This document shows positions 37,092 to 51,542 of a stretch of DNA of 64,000 nt, piece after piece. The position numbers and the translations under genes are program-made. The stretch lies in the NCBI RefSeq assembly GCF_009914755.1, contig NC_060942.1. The stretch is one strand, 5' to 3'. Source of the stretch: the human T2T-CHM13v2.0 reference genome, Homo sapiens. A model generated the notes under the pieces. It did not search any database. It saw only the letters and a program-made list of their open reading frames with translations, and was not told where the DNA came from. Each line of letters starts with the position of its first letter. Position 1 is the first letter of the stretch.

Positions 37092-39499
37092 ACTTGCTTG
37101 TCTTTTAACATTGCACCAGAAAACCAGAAGGGAAAGGGTGAGAAATACAAATTGTCCAGTTTTCCTCCTAGCTGCTTGGTCTAGTTAAACATTTGTAGGT
37201 AGACAGACCTGAAAATAAGGTTTTATGGTATTTATGATTTTTTTCTCTATCTATTCACTTATTATCTCAGATAAATGAGAATTGTGGTCTTCAATTAGAG
37301 AAGATCAAAGGCAAATCAGGAAATAGTGATTTATTTATTGTAAGAGTCAGGAATGGCATAGTACTGCTTTAGATTTGTTGTGAAATAATATGGAACTTGT
37401 TGCTCTATTAAACAGATTTTTATTAATGAGCTTTAAAAATCATACTTAATCACATATGACACAGTAAAATTAAATTTGAATAAAATCCTTGTTTAAAATC
37501 AATTTAAATTTAATACTTAGTATGTATGGAGTGGGCTTTTCCTTTTAGATGCTTACTGTGTTTTCTTATAGGCATTATTTCACCGTTGATACCTTACATA
37601 TAGTTGGAAAGGAGGCAAATTCAGATATACTGGCAGCTGGGGATTTAGTTCTTAATCTCAAATCCTTTTAGACACAGTTACTCAAATTTCAGAATGTTTT
37701 ATTAAAGAGTTGGTAGGAAAATTTGGGGAAAAAACTGGGCTTTTCAAAAAGTAAAGTGTAATCAAAAGGCAAGCCTAGAAATGAATAAGGAAATTCTGCT
37801 TTTCACTTAGAACATTCTATGATCAATAAACGCCTGTGTTTAGATGTAGTTTTTATTATTTCATATCTTTTCTGTAGCATGTAAAGTTACAGGGACTTAC
37901 CTTCATTTTGGTGGTTCTTTAATTTGTTTTTAAGTGCTACTAATTTTATTCAGAGTTATGCTGCATAAAATATGGTTGGTTCGTTTTAAAATGTATATTT
38001 AGAGCTTAAGCCCTGCACCTAATAGGTTAAGAATTTAAAATACGCTGGATATGCTTATGGAACATCAGTATTAAATGAGTGAAGAAATTGAAATCTACAG
38101 CACATCTATTTGGAAATTAGAATAGCAAAAACAAAAGGTAAATAGTAGCTAAAATTGGAACACTTTCAGATTCCTATCTTATCTTGAAAAACTATGAAAG
38201 AATAACAGAGAAACTAGGCTCTTATGCCCAACTGCAGAGTTCCCCTGCTAAAGAATAACGTGACTTTAAATTTCACCCCAAGTCTCCGCTTCCCACTGTG
38301 TTTAAAAACTGTGGTCACAGGTGGTTGATTCCTTTTTCAGAAGGCACTTCATTTAGATAGGTATCAGAACCTTGTTTGATTCAACAAGAAGGCTATGCTA
38401 ATTGTTGGCTATTTTCTTGGAGAGGGACATCAAATTGTAATCAGGAATTTTAGGAGAAACTTGTGATCAAAACATTTGCAGCAGGAGTTCAAACAAAGAA
38501 TTCAATGTGCTAAAATAATGAAGTGAATCTTCTCTGTCATGGAATTATATCCTAACTATGCCTGCCTATGTAAGTTCAAACACACACACACACACAAACT
38601 ACATGTTTTGGAGAAGTGCAGCGAACAGATAGGTTTTTTCCGCTTTAGAAACATTGGGCCACTTTAAAAGTTTGGTGACAGTAAATTTGCAAATATGATT
38701 ATTTTCATTTTCCAAGTAAAAAAATTGTAAGTTTCTGATGCTGTGAAGAAAAAGCAAAAGAAGTATAATTTGTAGGAGTACTCTCAAAGTCAAGATCCTC
38801 TTATCCTACAAACCAGACTACAATCCCCATCACACCAAGAAATTCTTAGGTCCAGGTAAGAAACAAACTCAGAATTCACCAAGTACATTGTAAAATTATA
38901 CAGTAGAGTATAATGGACATACAGTAAAATAATGAAATTTAAATGCATGACTTCTGTGAAATTATTTTAAAAGAATTTTTAAACTAGCAGAAAAGTTTAT
39001 TTTTACTGATGGTTCTGTTGTTTTTACAACACATTCAAAACACTTTCTACAGAAGCTTTCAGTTCCTTAGCAAGGTAAAAGATTTCTCACTAAGAAAATG
39101 GATTGCTTTGATAAAGCAATAATTAGCATTGATGTCAAATTTATTATTATCCAAAGCTTATCTCAATTTAGCTATTGCAATAGAGCTTTCCCTTTAAAAC
39201 CTCCATCACCATTACTATTACTTTACATTCTGATCTTTAATTCATTGGAAGGGATTTGTTACAGTTAGTCTGGGTCAGTGACTCAATCTCTTCAAGAGGA
39301 GGAAACACAAAAATGGGCCTTGTACTTTCCTGGATTCATTTCATGTTACTGATTTTACCTGGGTGTAATTCAGAATACAAATGTAGAAGTTGTATATATC
39401 CATATCAGGGGTCCTTAGCATATGGGAAGATGAGATCGTGGTATTATACTTAGGTCTCTGTATACAACAAACTTTTTTATTTTTCCAAGTTAAATTCAG

Positions 39500-39812
39500 T
39501 CTTTAAAATGCACGTAAACATACACAAAACAGCATATATATTATACGATTCCCTTTATATATTGTACAAAATAAGCAACACTAATTGGGGGTATCAGAAG
39601 TAAGGTTAGTAGCATCTTAGAGATGGGGGTGGGGGTGAGGGCAGGGGCAGGTAGTGAGTGCAAGGAACATGGGGCGAGCTCCTGAGTTACTCTTCTTTTC
39701 TTGATTTCAGTGACATTTCATAGGTGTATTCTGTCTGTGGAAACTCATTAGGCAATCCACTTATGGTTTGTTCTGTTTTCTTCATGTATATTACATTAAA
39801 ATGTTTTTAAAG
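39500..39812 (+). mobile_element. L1ME-like 3' end
   Basis: tacgattccctttatata...gtggaaactcattaggcaatccacttatgg...tgtatattacattaaaa. Confidence 0.6.
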
Positions 39813-41008
39813 GCATGTGCATTAGTAAACATGGAATTTTGGTTCCTCAGCTTGGGTCTTGGATATTCACCCAAATACAAGTTGGAAAGGCTGCTTATGT
39901 GCACACGTATCTCACAGATCTTGGAGTCTAGCCCACGGTGTTAAGTGAAGGAAACAGTATTGATGGAGGCAGGCATTGCCACTGCTGAACCCACAGCATG
40001 AATCTGGGCTCCTAGGCCCTAGGCTTGGACCATCAGCTGCCCAGCCATATTATAATCTGTTAACAGATGTGGATGAGGACCAAGGATCAGAATCAGGAAG
40101 GGCCAGTGGTCAGTGAGGGAATTGGGAAGTAAAGCCAACAAGCCAAGCATTGTTAATGATCGAATGACCTCCAAATATGTACCTTCAGCCCAGCCTCCTT
40201 CCTGAATAGTGGTTTTCAACTTGGGCTCTGCAATTCGGAAGACTCAATTCCTCTTTTAGCTTTGCCATTTTGTAGCTGTGAACCTTTGGCCAAGTTATGT
40301 TATCTCATTAAGCCTGAGCTTCCTTATTTGTAAGAAGATGTATGACAATATAGAGTTGTTGGCACACTCTGTGGTTATATAGGAAAGGTTTAAGAAGGGT
40401 AGATAGCAAGGGTAGTTGCTGTCAATAACCAGCGGTCTACAGGCAGTTCCACAGGTTTCTCAAGTCCAATTTTTACTTTGTCATCTCTGCTCACCATTAT
40501 TTACCCATTTGCTGGTAGCATAGCGATCATTCTCCTTTTCTCCTTCCCTCTACCAATCACCCCATTGATTAGCTTTCCAGTGTGTGTCAGTTTATTACAT
40601 CGCCATGGCATGACTCAAGCTGTCAGCCTTTCTGGCTTGTCTTACTTCAGATGCCTCCCAGGTGCACATCCCGCTCCAAAGGTTTCTTATAATGCAGACA
40701 GTGATTTTTCTAAAATACAAGTTCAACCATGCCACACACACACACCCTGCTTGAAATTCTATAATGGTTTTCATTTCCCTTAGGGTAACCTGAACTGCTT
40801 AATATTTTATACCACCTTATAAGGCTTTACATGGCCTGATTTGCCACCACTTCCCTCTCTAGCTTCAAATTTTGCTGTTTCTCTTTTTCAGTCTATACTG
40901 CAAAAGGATGTAATTTCATTCAGTTTCCCCTTCAACATGCTACGCATCCTCTTTCAATTCACGCACGATATTCCTTCTGTTAGAAATAGTCTGCTGTGCC
41001 TCCCCCAT

Positions 41009-41369
41009 TTTTATGAAATGAACTGTGTGCCCCCAGAATTTATATGTTGAAGTCTAATCCCCAGTACCTCAGAATGTGACTATATTTAGAGATAGGGCCT
41101 TTAAAGAGTTAATTAAGTGAAAATAGGGCCTAATCTAGTATCCCATACTGGTGTCCTTACATGAAGAGAAGATTAGGACAGAGGGAAGACTAAGTGAGAA
41201 TGCAGGGAGAAGACAGCCATCTATGAGCCAAGGAGAGGGGCCTCAGGAGAAACCAACGCTGTCAGTACCTTGATCTTAGACTTTTAATTTCCAGAACTGT
41301 GAGAAAAAAAAAATCTTAAGCCATCCAGTCTGTGACGTTTTGTTATGGCAGCTGAAGCAGAGTAATATA
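41009..41369 (+). mobile_element. MaLR solo LTR MLT1B-like, within L2
   Basis: atgttgaagtctaatccccagtacctcagaatgtgac...ggagaagacagccatct...ccagaactgtgaga...tttgttatggcagc. Confidence 0.8.
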
Positions 41370-41549
41370 CGCACAATGAATTCACTTCCCTGCTTCAGGA
41401 CTGAGCATAGAAATAATGTTTTCTGGGGTACTCTCTGGGTCAGGCCAGGTGCCCTCTGATTGGCATAACAACACCAAAACTATACTGACCATTCACCAGG
41501 CCTTGTATCATCCCATTTAATTTTCACAATAACTTTATGAGAGGGATGG

Positions 41550-41872
<323 letters not shown>

Positions 41873-42754
41873 TAAATTTACCAATTAGAAAACTGGGGAA
41901 AAGAGGTGTTGCCAGACATGTACAGATGACCCAATCTTTTTCCTCAGTTCTTATTTTTCAAGGAAGAATATTCCTGCACACATTTTAGAGTTTGACTTCC
42001 AGACTAGCCTTGTTACTGTGTCATAGCAGTCATCCTACTTTACTGCAGACACTTGTTTAATTTTCTTCTCTGCTAGTCTCAAAACTCCGGGAGCACAAAG
42101 CCTACGTCTGGAATTTTTTTCACTGACCTATCAGCCAGTGTCCAGCACAGTGTGTGTCCCACAAATATGTGCTGGGTGCTCCCAGCTCCAGTGCTGAGAC
42201 AAGTGAGCTGCCAGTAGTCTCGCCTGGCCCATAGATGGGGAAGGAGAACAGCAATGCTCTTTAGGTAGGGAGGATACAGGAGCCGAAGTGCAGCGGAGAG
42301 GGCTTAAGTGAGCACAGCGCTCTGAGCTTCTCCCTCTTCTCTCTCCACAGTTTTTGCAGTTCTCTTTATTTAGGTTTAGAAAAAGAAAATATTAAAGCAG
42401 AGAAATAATTATCAAGAATATGCTATATCCAATCTTTATTTGTACAATCTAGTTGGCTGTTTTCTTCTATCAAACTAAAGAAAAAAATAGCTTTCTTTAG
42501 AAATTTGAAATATGGATGATAAAATCTAATTCCACACACTTGAAGTTGTCCATGGAAGGAGTCCTCGTAGACATGAAAGAATGAGGTAATAATTTCAGTG
42601 AAATGAAGGGCAGTAGCTCAATTACTGAATTGCTTGGTATTAGAAAAAAGAACATGAATTGGTACCTTTTCTAGAATTTCACAGGCACTTCCTACAATCC
42701 AGGGTGCATGAATATTAGTGTATAAGCCCACGTCCAAAGAGATCAAAGGAAATA

Positions 42755-42918
42755 TTAGCATATCAACACTGTGACACTACCTGCCATTAGTCATTTTAGT
42801 AACTGTCTTGATGATCAGATTGAAAAACCATAGTGTATGTAGGGTTTGGCATTATCGAGGTTTCAGGCATCGCCTAGGGGTCTTGGAGCATATCCCCTGA
42901 GGAAGAGCAGGGACCACC
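42755..42918 (+). mobile_element. MER44-like (TcMar-Tigger) partial
   Basis: ctacctgccattagtcattttagta...catagtgtatgtagggtttggcattatcgaggtttcaggcatc...ggggtcttggagcatatcccc. Confidence 0.65.
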
Positions 42919-43509
42919 CTATGTCTCAAGAGAGGCTTAAAGTGTTGTTAGAGTTCAGAGGAAGATGGCTCCTCCCTAGAATCAGGGAAGTCATCAGCCA
43001 GAGACTAAGTTGGCCCTGACATTGTTGTAATAACCCCTCTTCAGGAGCTGAAAGCCTGCCAGCCTCCCTGAGGCAGCAGTCAGTTCTCTGACTGATTGGA
43101 TCTGACCTGTGTGTTAGGCCAGTGAACGAGCCAAGAGAGATTCCATTTTTAAGCCTGCTTTAGAATTCAAATCAATCAAAACTCTTGTAAGGTTATTCTG
43201 CATCTTATCCCTATGATTGATCAATTCAAGCCTGAAAACAATGGCTGGACTTTCTGCATGTTATACTCTGACCTTGGTGCTAAAAAACGCTAATGTTAGA
43301 AATTACGGGCAGTTGCTGTCTGGCCATTTTATTTCATTACTTTACAACGCGCTTAACCAAAAAGGCCTGTACTATTGAGTTTAAACCAAATGACCAATAC
43401 AATTGAGGTATTTATCTCCAACAGAGGACTTACACTGGAAAAAAAAAGACTCAACAATAATTATTGCTACAGGCTTTAGCAGTCAGACACAAGATGTTAC
43501 AAGCTAATA

Positions 43510-46500
43510 CTAGATTTGATTTGCTAATGTTTTGCTGAGGATTTCTGTGTCTATGTTTGTAAACGATGTTGGTCCATAGGTTTTTGTTCTGGTAATGTCT
43601 TTGTACAGATGGTTTTGGTATCATTATAATCCTGGCTTCTTACAATGAATTGAGAAGAGTTCCTTTTACCTCTTTTCTGTGCAAGTTTGGTTTCTTCCTT
43701 AATGTTTGATAGCATATTAGTGAAGCCATCTGGGCTTGGAGTTTTCTTTGTGGGAAGGTTTTAAATTATGAATTCAATTTCTTTAATAAATATGGGTCGA
43801 TCTCATTTCTTCTTCTGTCAGTTCTAATAAATTATCTTTCAAGGCATTTGTCCATTTCATATAAGCTGTTGAATTTCTTGGCATGGAATTCTTCAAAATA
43901 TTCCCTTATTTTCTGTTTGTGATCTGTAGGATTTTTAGGTACAAGGCTCTTTTTTTCCTTTCCAACACTGCCTATTTTTGGCTCAAGCTGAGCTATAAAT
44001 TTATTAATTTTACTTATCTTTTCCAAACTCTGCTTTTTAAAAATTTTTTTCTATTGTTTGCCTGCTTACAGTTTCATTGATTTTTGCTCATCTTAATTAT
44101 TTATTTGCTTCTATTTACTTTTGACTTAATTTAATGCTCTTCTTTTAATAGCTTCCGTAAGATGGAAGCTTAGATAATTGATTTTGTATCTCTCTTCTAT
44201 TTTAATATAACCATTTATTGCTATAAAATTCCCTCTGAGGATTGCTTTAGCTGCATCCCATATATATTGGTTTGTTGTCGTTTTCTTACTATTGAGTTCA
44301 AAATATTTTCTAATTTCTCTTGGGATTTCTTCTTTGACTTTTCAGGATATTTAAAAGTGTGTTGCTTAATTTCCAATCTTTGGGGATTTTCTGGGTATTA
44401 AAAAAATCAATTTCTAATTTAATTCCATTGTGGTCAAAGAACATACTTTGCATGAATTAAGTCCTTTAAAATTTCTTGAGACTTGTTTTATGGCTTGTCA
44501 TATGATTTGTCTTGGGGATGTTCCCTGGGAACCTAAAAAGAATGTGTGGGATGAAAGTAGTCTATAAAGATCCATTAAGTGAATTTGGCTGAGGCTATTG
44601 TTTGTTTTCTTTATTTTTCCTGGTGTTCTGTCTACTTGTCCTATCCCTTACTGAGGGAAGAGTGTTGAAATCTCCAACTATAATTGTGCATGTGTCGCTC
44701 CTTTCAGTTCTGAAGGGTTTTTACTTCAAATATTTTGAAGCGCTGTGTCTCAGGGCATACTCATTTAGGATTATTAGGTTTTCTTGATGAATTCAATAAT
44801 TTATCATAAGTAAATATCCCTCTTTGTCTTTAGTCCTAGTTCTTTTTCTGAAGTTGTAATAGCCATAGAGTTGTGCTGCTGAGACCTCCTTTCCAAAGAG
44901 TGGAATACTTAGCCCACAGCCTCAGTTGCCACACTTCAGGACCTGCCAGTCTTCCTGTAGTGGCTCTGCTCTCCCCAGGATGCCACTGGCCCATGACTGA
45001 GCACAGCGTGGTACTAAACGGGGCTGATACAGCGCCAATGCCAGCTCCTCTGATGGGCAGTTTCTGCTGGGGGATCTCTGTAGGCCTGGCTGAGACTTTT
45101 GGGGACCCAAAAGTCCCAGACTCTTCCTACTCAAGTCTTTTTCCCCTTCTCTGATCATAGGTTTCAGATCTTCAGTCATGTTTGAAGGCTTTTCTATACC
45201 CAGTGTGGCTCCTGTTTACCTTAATCTTTCATGGCTGTTTCCCCGCAGTAAATCTCCTGAGCTTCTGATTCAGTATTGACAACTGCTTCATGCAGGACCC
45301 AAGCTGCCGCACAAATCTACCTGTCTGAATGATGTGGCCACCCCAACTTTCTTATGATTAACGCTTGCATGTCATATCTTGGTCCGTCCTTTACTTTTCC
45401 TGTGCCTGTGTCTTTCTGAAGTGTGAAGACAGCATATATGCTTGGGTTTGGTCTACTATCTTGCTATATGTTTACTATTTATCCCATCTGTTCTTTTCCC
45501 TTTTTCTCACTCATTTCCGGCCCTCGTTTATATTACCTGAGTTTTACTGGGGTTTTTTTAGTATTTTATTTTATCTCTACTCTTTTAGCTCTTTGTTCAT
45601 TATTTTTCGTGATGGCTGCAGAGTTTACAACATGACACTTTATCTTATCACATTCCACCTTTGAGTAATACTATCATTTCCTGTGTAAGAATCTTATGAT
45701 CTTTGCTTTCATTTTTTCTTCCTCTCCTTTTTGCTGCTATCATATATTTTATTTATTACATGTCATAAACCTTAAAATACATTATCATTTTTGTTTCATA
45801 CAGTCAATTTTATTTTAAAGAAATCAAAATAAGAAAATAGTTTCTTTTATATGTAGCCATATATTTGCAATTCCCCACATTTTTATTCTTTTGTAGAGGT
45901 CCAAGTTTCCATCTGGTATTATTTTCTTTCTGCTTGAAAAACTTTATGTTCTAGTATTTTTTTTCTAGTGCAGATTAGCTGGCTCTGTGCTTTTGTTTGT
46001 CTAAAAAAGTATTTATCTAGTCTTCCTTTATGAAGGATAACTTCACTGGATATTGAATTTTAGGTTGATCATTTCTTTCTTTTAACACTTTAAAGATGTT
46101 GCTCTACTACTTTTAGCTTGTGTGGTTCCTGACAAGAAGTTTGCAGTTATTCTTATCTTTGTTCTTCTGTATGTAATATGTCTGTTTTTTGCTACTCTGC
46201 TGCTGTCAATATTTTCTCTTTATCTCTGTTTTTCAGCAATTACATCATTATATGCCTGTCTGTGGTTTTGTGTTATCTTTCTTCGAGTTCACTGAGTTTC
46301 TTGAATCTGTGATCTATAGTTTTCAACAAACTTGGAAAATTTTCAGCCACTATTTCTTTAAATCAGTTCCCCCTCCCAATCCCCATCCTAGCACTCCAGT
46401 ACCACATATGTTGGACTACTCCATGTCATCCCACAGGTCACTCAGACTCTATTCAATGTTTCCAAACTTTTGTTCCCTGTGTGTTTCAGTTTGAGTATTT

Positions 46501-47490
46501 TCCATATTTTGTCTCCAAATTTATTGGTCTCTTGTTCTGCAGTTGATTAATGTGCTAATAATTCTATCTAGTATATTTTTCATTTCAGATATTTTGTTCA
46601 TTTCCAGAAAGTTTTATTTTCTTATCTCCCATTTCTCTCCTCTTATTTTTCTTTTTAAGTCCTTAAATAGTTGAGCATATTTATGATTTCTCTTTTTATG
46701 TCCTTATGTGCTAATTCCGCCACCCTTGACTCTGTCATTTCTGAGTCTGTTTTTGAGCCTCATTTTCTTGCTTCTTTGCATATATGTAGTTTTTTAGTTA
46801 ATGCTGGACTGTTATTTTGTTGTTGTTGTTCAGTGCAAGGTTTTATTGCCTTTCTTTTAAAGTTTTGTTAAGGGAGGTCTAGAGTAGACTTTACTTAGGC
46901 TGATTTAGTTTCACTAAAGTGAGAGACTTCTGGGGTTTTGAGTAAAACCCCAGGTTCTCAACAAAGACTTTCTATTCTGATTGGTCCAAAGTCAAATGCC
47001 TCCCAGCCCTTTAGGAGCTCTGGGAATTGATTAACTTATGGAAGATCTTTTTCTGGGGGGTCAGGGGCTGCTCTATGAAGTTGACGCTGCACATGAGTGA
47101 CTTAATATTTAGCAACAAATGCAAGGAGACCCCCATATGGATTAATTGAGCTCTTTGTCTCTATAACTTCTTCCTGTCAGATACTTTTTCTTCCAAATTC
47201 CATCTGCCTTAGCCTCCCTGAACTCTGTTCCATGTCCCCTTAACTCAGTGAGACCCCAGTGTTCTTGGCTTCCCCTTGCTGTGCTGCTGGTCTGTGCGGT
47301 TCATCCGGGTGGAAAGCTGGGATGCCTGTAGGACTCACTCAGCATTCCCTTTCTCTCAGGCATCACATCTTCTGTTGTGCTTCCTCTTATCCAATGTCTA
47401 TAAACAGTTTTTTATGTAGTTTATGCAGTTATCTAGTTGTTTATGGTGGCAAGGCTAATCTAATATCAGTTCATCCTTTATGGCCAGAAA
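43510..47490 (-). mobile_element. Ancient L1M (5' region through N-terminal ORF2), degenerate, interrupted by an LTR
   Basis: Minus-strand ORF 43832-44026 (EKISKINK...IREYFEEFHAKKFNSLYEMDKCLE) is homologous to L1 ORF2p ([23 protein letters not shown]). gttgaaatctccaactataattgt is the reverse of the endonuclease motif TIIVGDFN. Many stops and frameshifts. Confidence 0.85.
44855..45311 (+). mobile_element. ERVL solo LTR, LTR16-like, nested in L1M
   Basis: GC-richer block with TG...CA ends; cccatgactgagcacagc, ggcctggctgagactttt, and cagtaaatctcctg...ctgcttc...ggaccca terminus. Confidence 0.7.
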
Positions 47491-47959
47491 CAATTTCAGC
47501 TTTTATAAATATTCTGGGTGTTTCCTTCTAGACATTAAGGTAGCCTTTCAGACCCTCTTTAGATTTGAGAGAGAAGCAACTTTTTGGTAGGGTGAGAAGA
47601 GACTCCGGGGCCATTGATTGTGCCCTGGACTGACACAAGCTGATATTAGACACAGGACCATAGTTGGCATCCCAGATAGGAAGGGGGTCTGACAACTGGG
47701 AGATTGAGGGGTTGCTGTGGCTCCTGCTCCTCCCAGGTCCTGTTTCCCAATCATCTTTCACACATAAGGAATATAAGTCAGGGACAACCTGTACATCTAA
47801 ACTATTCCAAGAAAGTAATTTCCTAACTGGGGCTCCATGTCTATCGTTTCATTTATGGATGTGAATTTTCTTTCTCCTTTGCATGTCCATGGCAATTTAA
47901 ATAATTCTTTAATCTTTTTCTTTTGCATCAATGCTATTCATTTAGGACTTCCAAAAGCG

Positions 47960-48170
47960 AGGAACTCTGTTAAGGGATTTGCATTCATAAACTCATTTAA
48001 TTTTCACTATGACCCAATGAGGTAGGTACTGGTATGATCTCTATTTTATTCACGAGGAAAGCGAGACTTGGAAAGATTAAGAAATTTGCTCAAGATCATG
48101 CACCTATGTTGTGCCAAAGCCAGGATTTGCACCCACGTCCTTTTCATTTCGTGCTCTACATTCCTGCTAT
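47960..48170 (-). mobile_element. MIR
   Basis: aactcatttaatttt...atgaggtaggtact...gaggaaagcgagact...aatttgctcaagatca. Confidence 0.7.
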
Positions 48171-49487
48171 TAGGTTATCTTTCTGTCTTATACTGCACAC
48201 TACCTTTGTACTACAGCTATTTCTGTGTCTATCTTCGTAGTTTATGAATTGATTGAGAATAGGAACCCTGTACTTACACATTTTGTGTCTTCACGGCATT
48301 TATCAGGGCCCTTGCCCACAGCAATTTGGAAAGAGAAAAGGGGGAGGAAATGTCTCCTTTATTATTTATTTTGGAAAACAAATACCCCTAAACTCTTAGA
48401 ATTAACTTGCCATCAAAATATTTCCTTATCGAGAATATTTTCCTTTCAAGGTAACTTCGTCTTATTTATTTTATTCCTAACAAATCATAGTTACTGGAAT
48501 CAGCTGGTAGGAAATTAGCTATCCTTCTATAAAACAACAGATGGCAGCAAGGAAAAATTCATTTTTGTTTTGTTGCAAAGTGTACATAAGCAGTAATTGC
48601 AGGCTTTGGGATAATGTGTTCTATGATATTTGTTCCTTTTAGTCATGGACATAAATGATCTTCTCTTACAAGACTGATTTTTGTGTTTTCTGTAGCATCA
48701 GATAAATATTTATTAAAATATGATATATGGGCTCAAATAAGGATAGAAATAGCACAAGACCCTGTAATCAGTAACTTGAAGTTATCCTTTCATTTGTGAA
48801 CCAAATACTCAGTGCTGTCTTGATTAAATCTGTCAATAATCTGGGCAATAAAGCAATTCTACAGGAAAAAGCTGACCGGTGCATTGGCATCCCCAGGGTA
48901 GGATGTCAGAGCTTTTGGGTGCTTCCAAAGTGTTGTTACGTTAGATGAAGAAAAAAGACTTGACTCTTGGATGGCAGTTTCCACAATTCATCCCCACCTT
49001 CCCCTGGGATCAAACATGCTCGTCACAGGCAGCATTTAAGCCACATCTGATAACCTTCTATAGTTGAGCTCTCTTGCTCCACATAGACTGATATTTGTCA
49101 AGCCAGAGGCTACTTGTAAGGTGAGAAAGCCTGGCTGCTGGAAGCTGTTAAAAAATCGATATCAGACTTCTTTAGAATCTTTAATTATTCAATTAAAAAA
49201 TGCCTCCAGCCCTTGGACAGCTGAGTGAAGGGGAGAGGGAAGAGGTGTGGGAGGTGGGGGGTGGGGAGCCATATTGCCCCAGTGTTTGAAACCTTGAATT
49301 CAGAAAAACATAAAGAGAATGAAGACTTGTGAAAGTCAGTCAATTTTGTTTTTATTTGACCATACTCTGTTCTTAGAGATTCTTTTTCATCAGCCCAAAT
49401 CTGTAACCTTCAGGTTCAATAATTATGAAACTCTTCTCCATATTTTGGAACTAAAATGTCTTCATTCAGAGTGAGCAACTTTAAATC

Positions 49488-49812
49488 TTTTTTTGTTTTG
49501 TTTTATTTTTATTTTTATTTTTGAGACAGGGTTTTGCTCTGTCACCCAGCCTGGAGTGCAGTGGTATGATCATGGCTCACTGCAGCCTTGTTCTCCTGGG
49601 CTCAAGCAATCCTCCTGCCCCAGCCTCCTGGATAGCTGGGACTATGGGTGTGCACCACCACACCTGGCTAATTTTTAGATTTTTTTGTAGAGATGAGTGG
49701 GGTATCTCACTATGTTGTCCAGACTGGTCTCAAACTCTTGAGTTCAATTAAATCCCCCTGCCTCAGCCTCCTAAAGTGCTGGTATTACAGTTATAAGCCA
49801 CTGTGCCTGGCC
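49488..49812 (-). mobile_element. AluJ
   Basis: Reverse Alu with J-type diagnostics and a degenerate tail. Confidence 0.92.
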
Positions 49813-50324
49813 TAAATATTTATTTTCAATTATTAATGCTCACAAAAAGATCTGTAGTAAGATAGTTCTTGTCCTCTCTAAAATGTGGGAGCCAAGAGAG
49901 GGTAGAGAGGAAAAGAAGAGAGATGGGGAGAGGTTCGTATTTCACAAGCAAAGCAAGAGCGTTCCTTAGAAGTGAGAGGGAATTATGTTCCACATGATCT
50001 TTTGAGATTCAGGATCTTTCATCTCTTGGTAATTTTATAAAATGGACAAATAACCACTAAAGTCACTTCCTTCATTACACATAATTAATGAACATTCATC
50101 AAGGAATTGATCTGTGGTCCTTAGTGACCTGAACTGGATTCAAGCAATAATGTGAAGGCCCAACACTAAATACCATATGTTGTTTCTGATCCTTGAGACT
50201 ATCCTGTTGCCTAGTACGTTTTTATGTTAAACATTAGTAGTTGGATCTTAAAAACCACAAGAGAACACATGTCATTTTCCTTGTCTGGATAATGCTCTTT
50301 ATGTAGTTAGATAAAAGGTTAGGA

Positions 50325-50500
50325 CTGTTGTTCAACAGCATGTTAGGGTGACTAGCTGGAAGAGAGGAAACATACAAATGATAAAATTCAAAGTAGTAGA
50401 TACCTCAGATACCCTGAGCTGATCATTACACATTCTATGCATGTAACAAAATATCACATATACCCCATAAATATGTAAAATATTATGTATCAATACAAAA
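50325..50500 (+). mobile_element. L1MA-like 3' terminal fragment
   Basis: taccctgagctgatcattacacattctatgcatgtaacaaaatatcacatataccccataaatatgta. Confidence 0.7.
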
Positions 50501-50860
50501 TCCTCTCAAATCCATAAAACCCCACAAAACCATTAATGAATCCCACTGCCACCAAGGTAGGACTTAAAGGACAATGGGGAGTTTTCATTTTTAAGGGAAA
50601 CAAGCCCAAAAAAGGACTTTAGGTATACTCTAAACTAAGCTAAATTGTTTCAGTGAATTAATTCATACTAAATATTGTACCTAATAGTCACACTCCATGA
50701 ATTTCATTTGTACATTAACCATCTTAATAGTATGTTTCAACTGGGTGCTCTAACAGAATGTAAGGTCATATTTATTACATTTGTTTCCAGGAGCTCCAAC
50801 TTGTCTTAAAGTTTACTACATTGCATTTTCCCTGGGATGTTTCTCTATAGAAAAACGGTA

Positions 50861-51542
<682 letters not shown>

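Noticed and set aside
38850-38862. Strong donor CAG|GTAAGA as a recursive site or exon end
   Set aside because: No convincing polypyrimidine tract directly upstream and no matching ARHGAP28 coding sequence; isolated donors are common in long introns.
43832-44787. L1 ORF2-like peptides as an active retroelement or novel reverse-transcriptase system
   Set aside because: Short, frameshifted, stop-ridden remnants of an ancient L1M with no intact RT domain.
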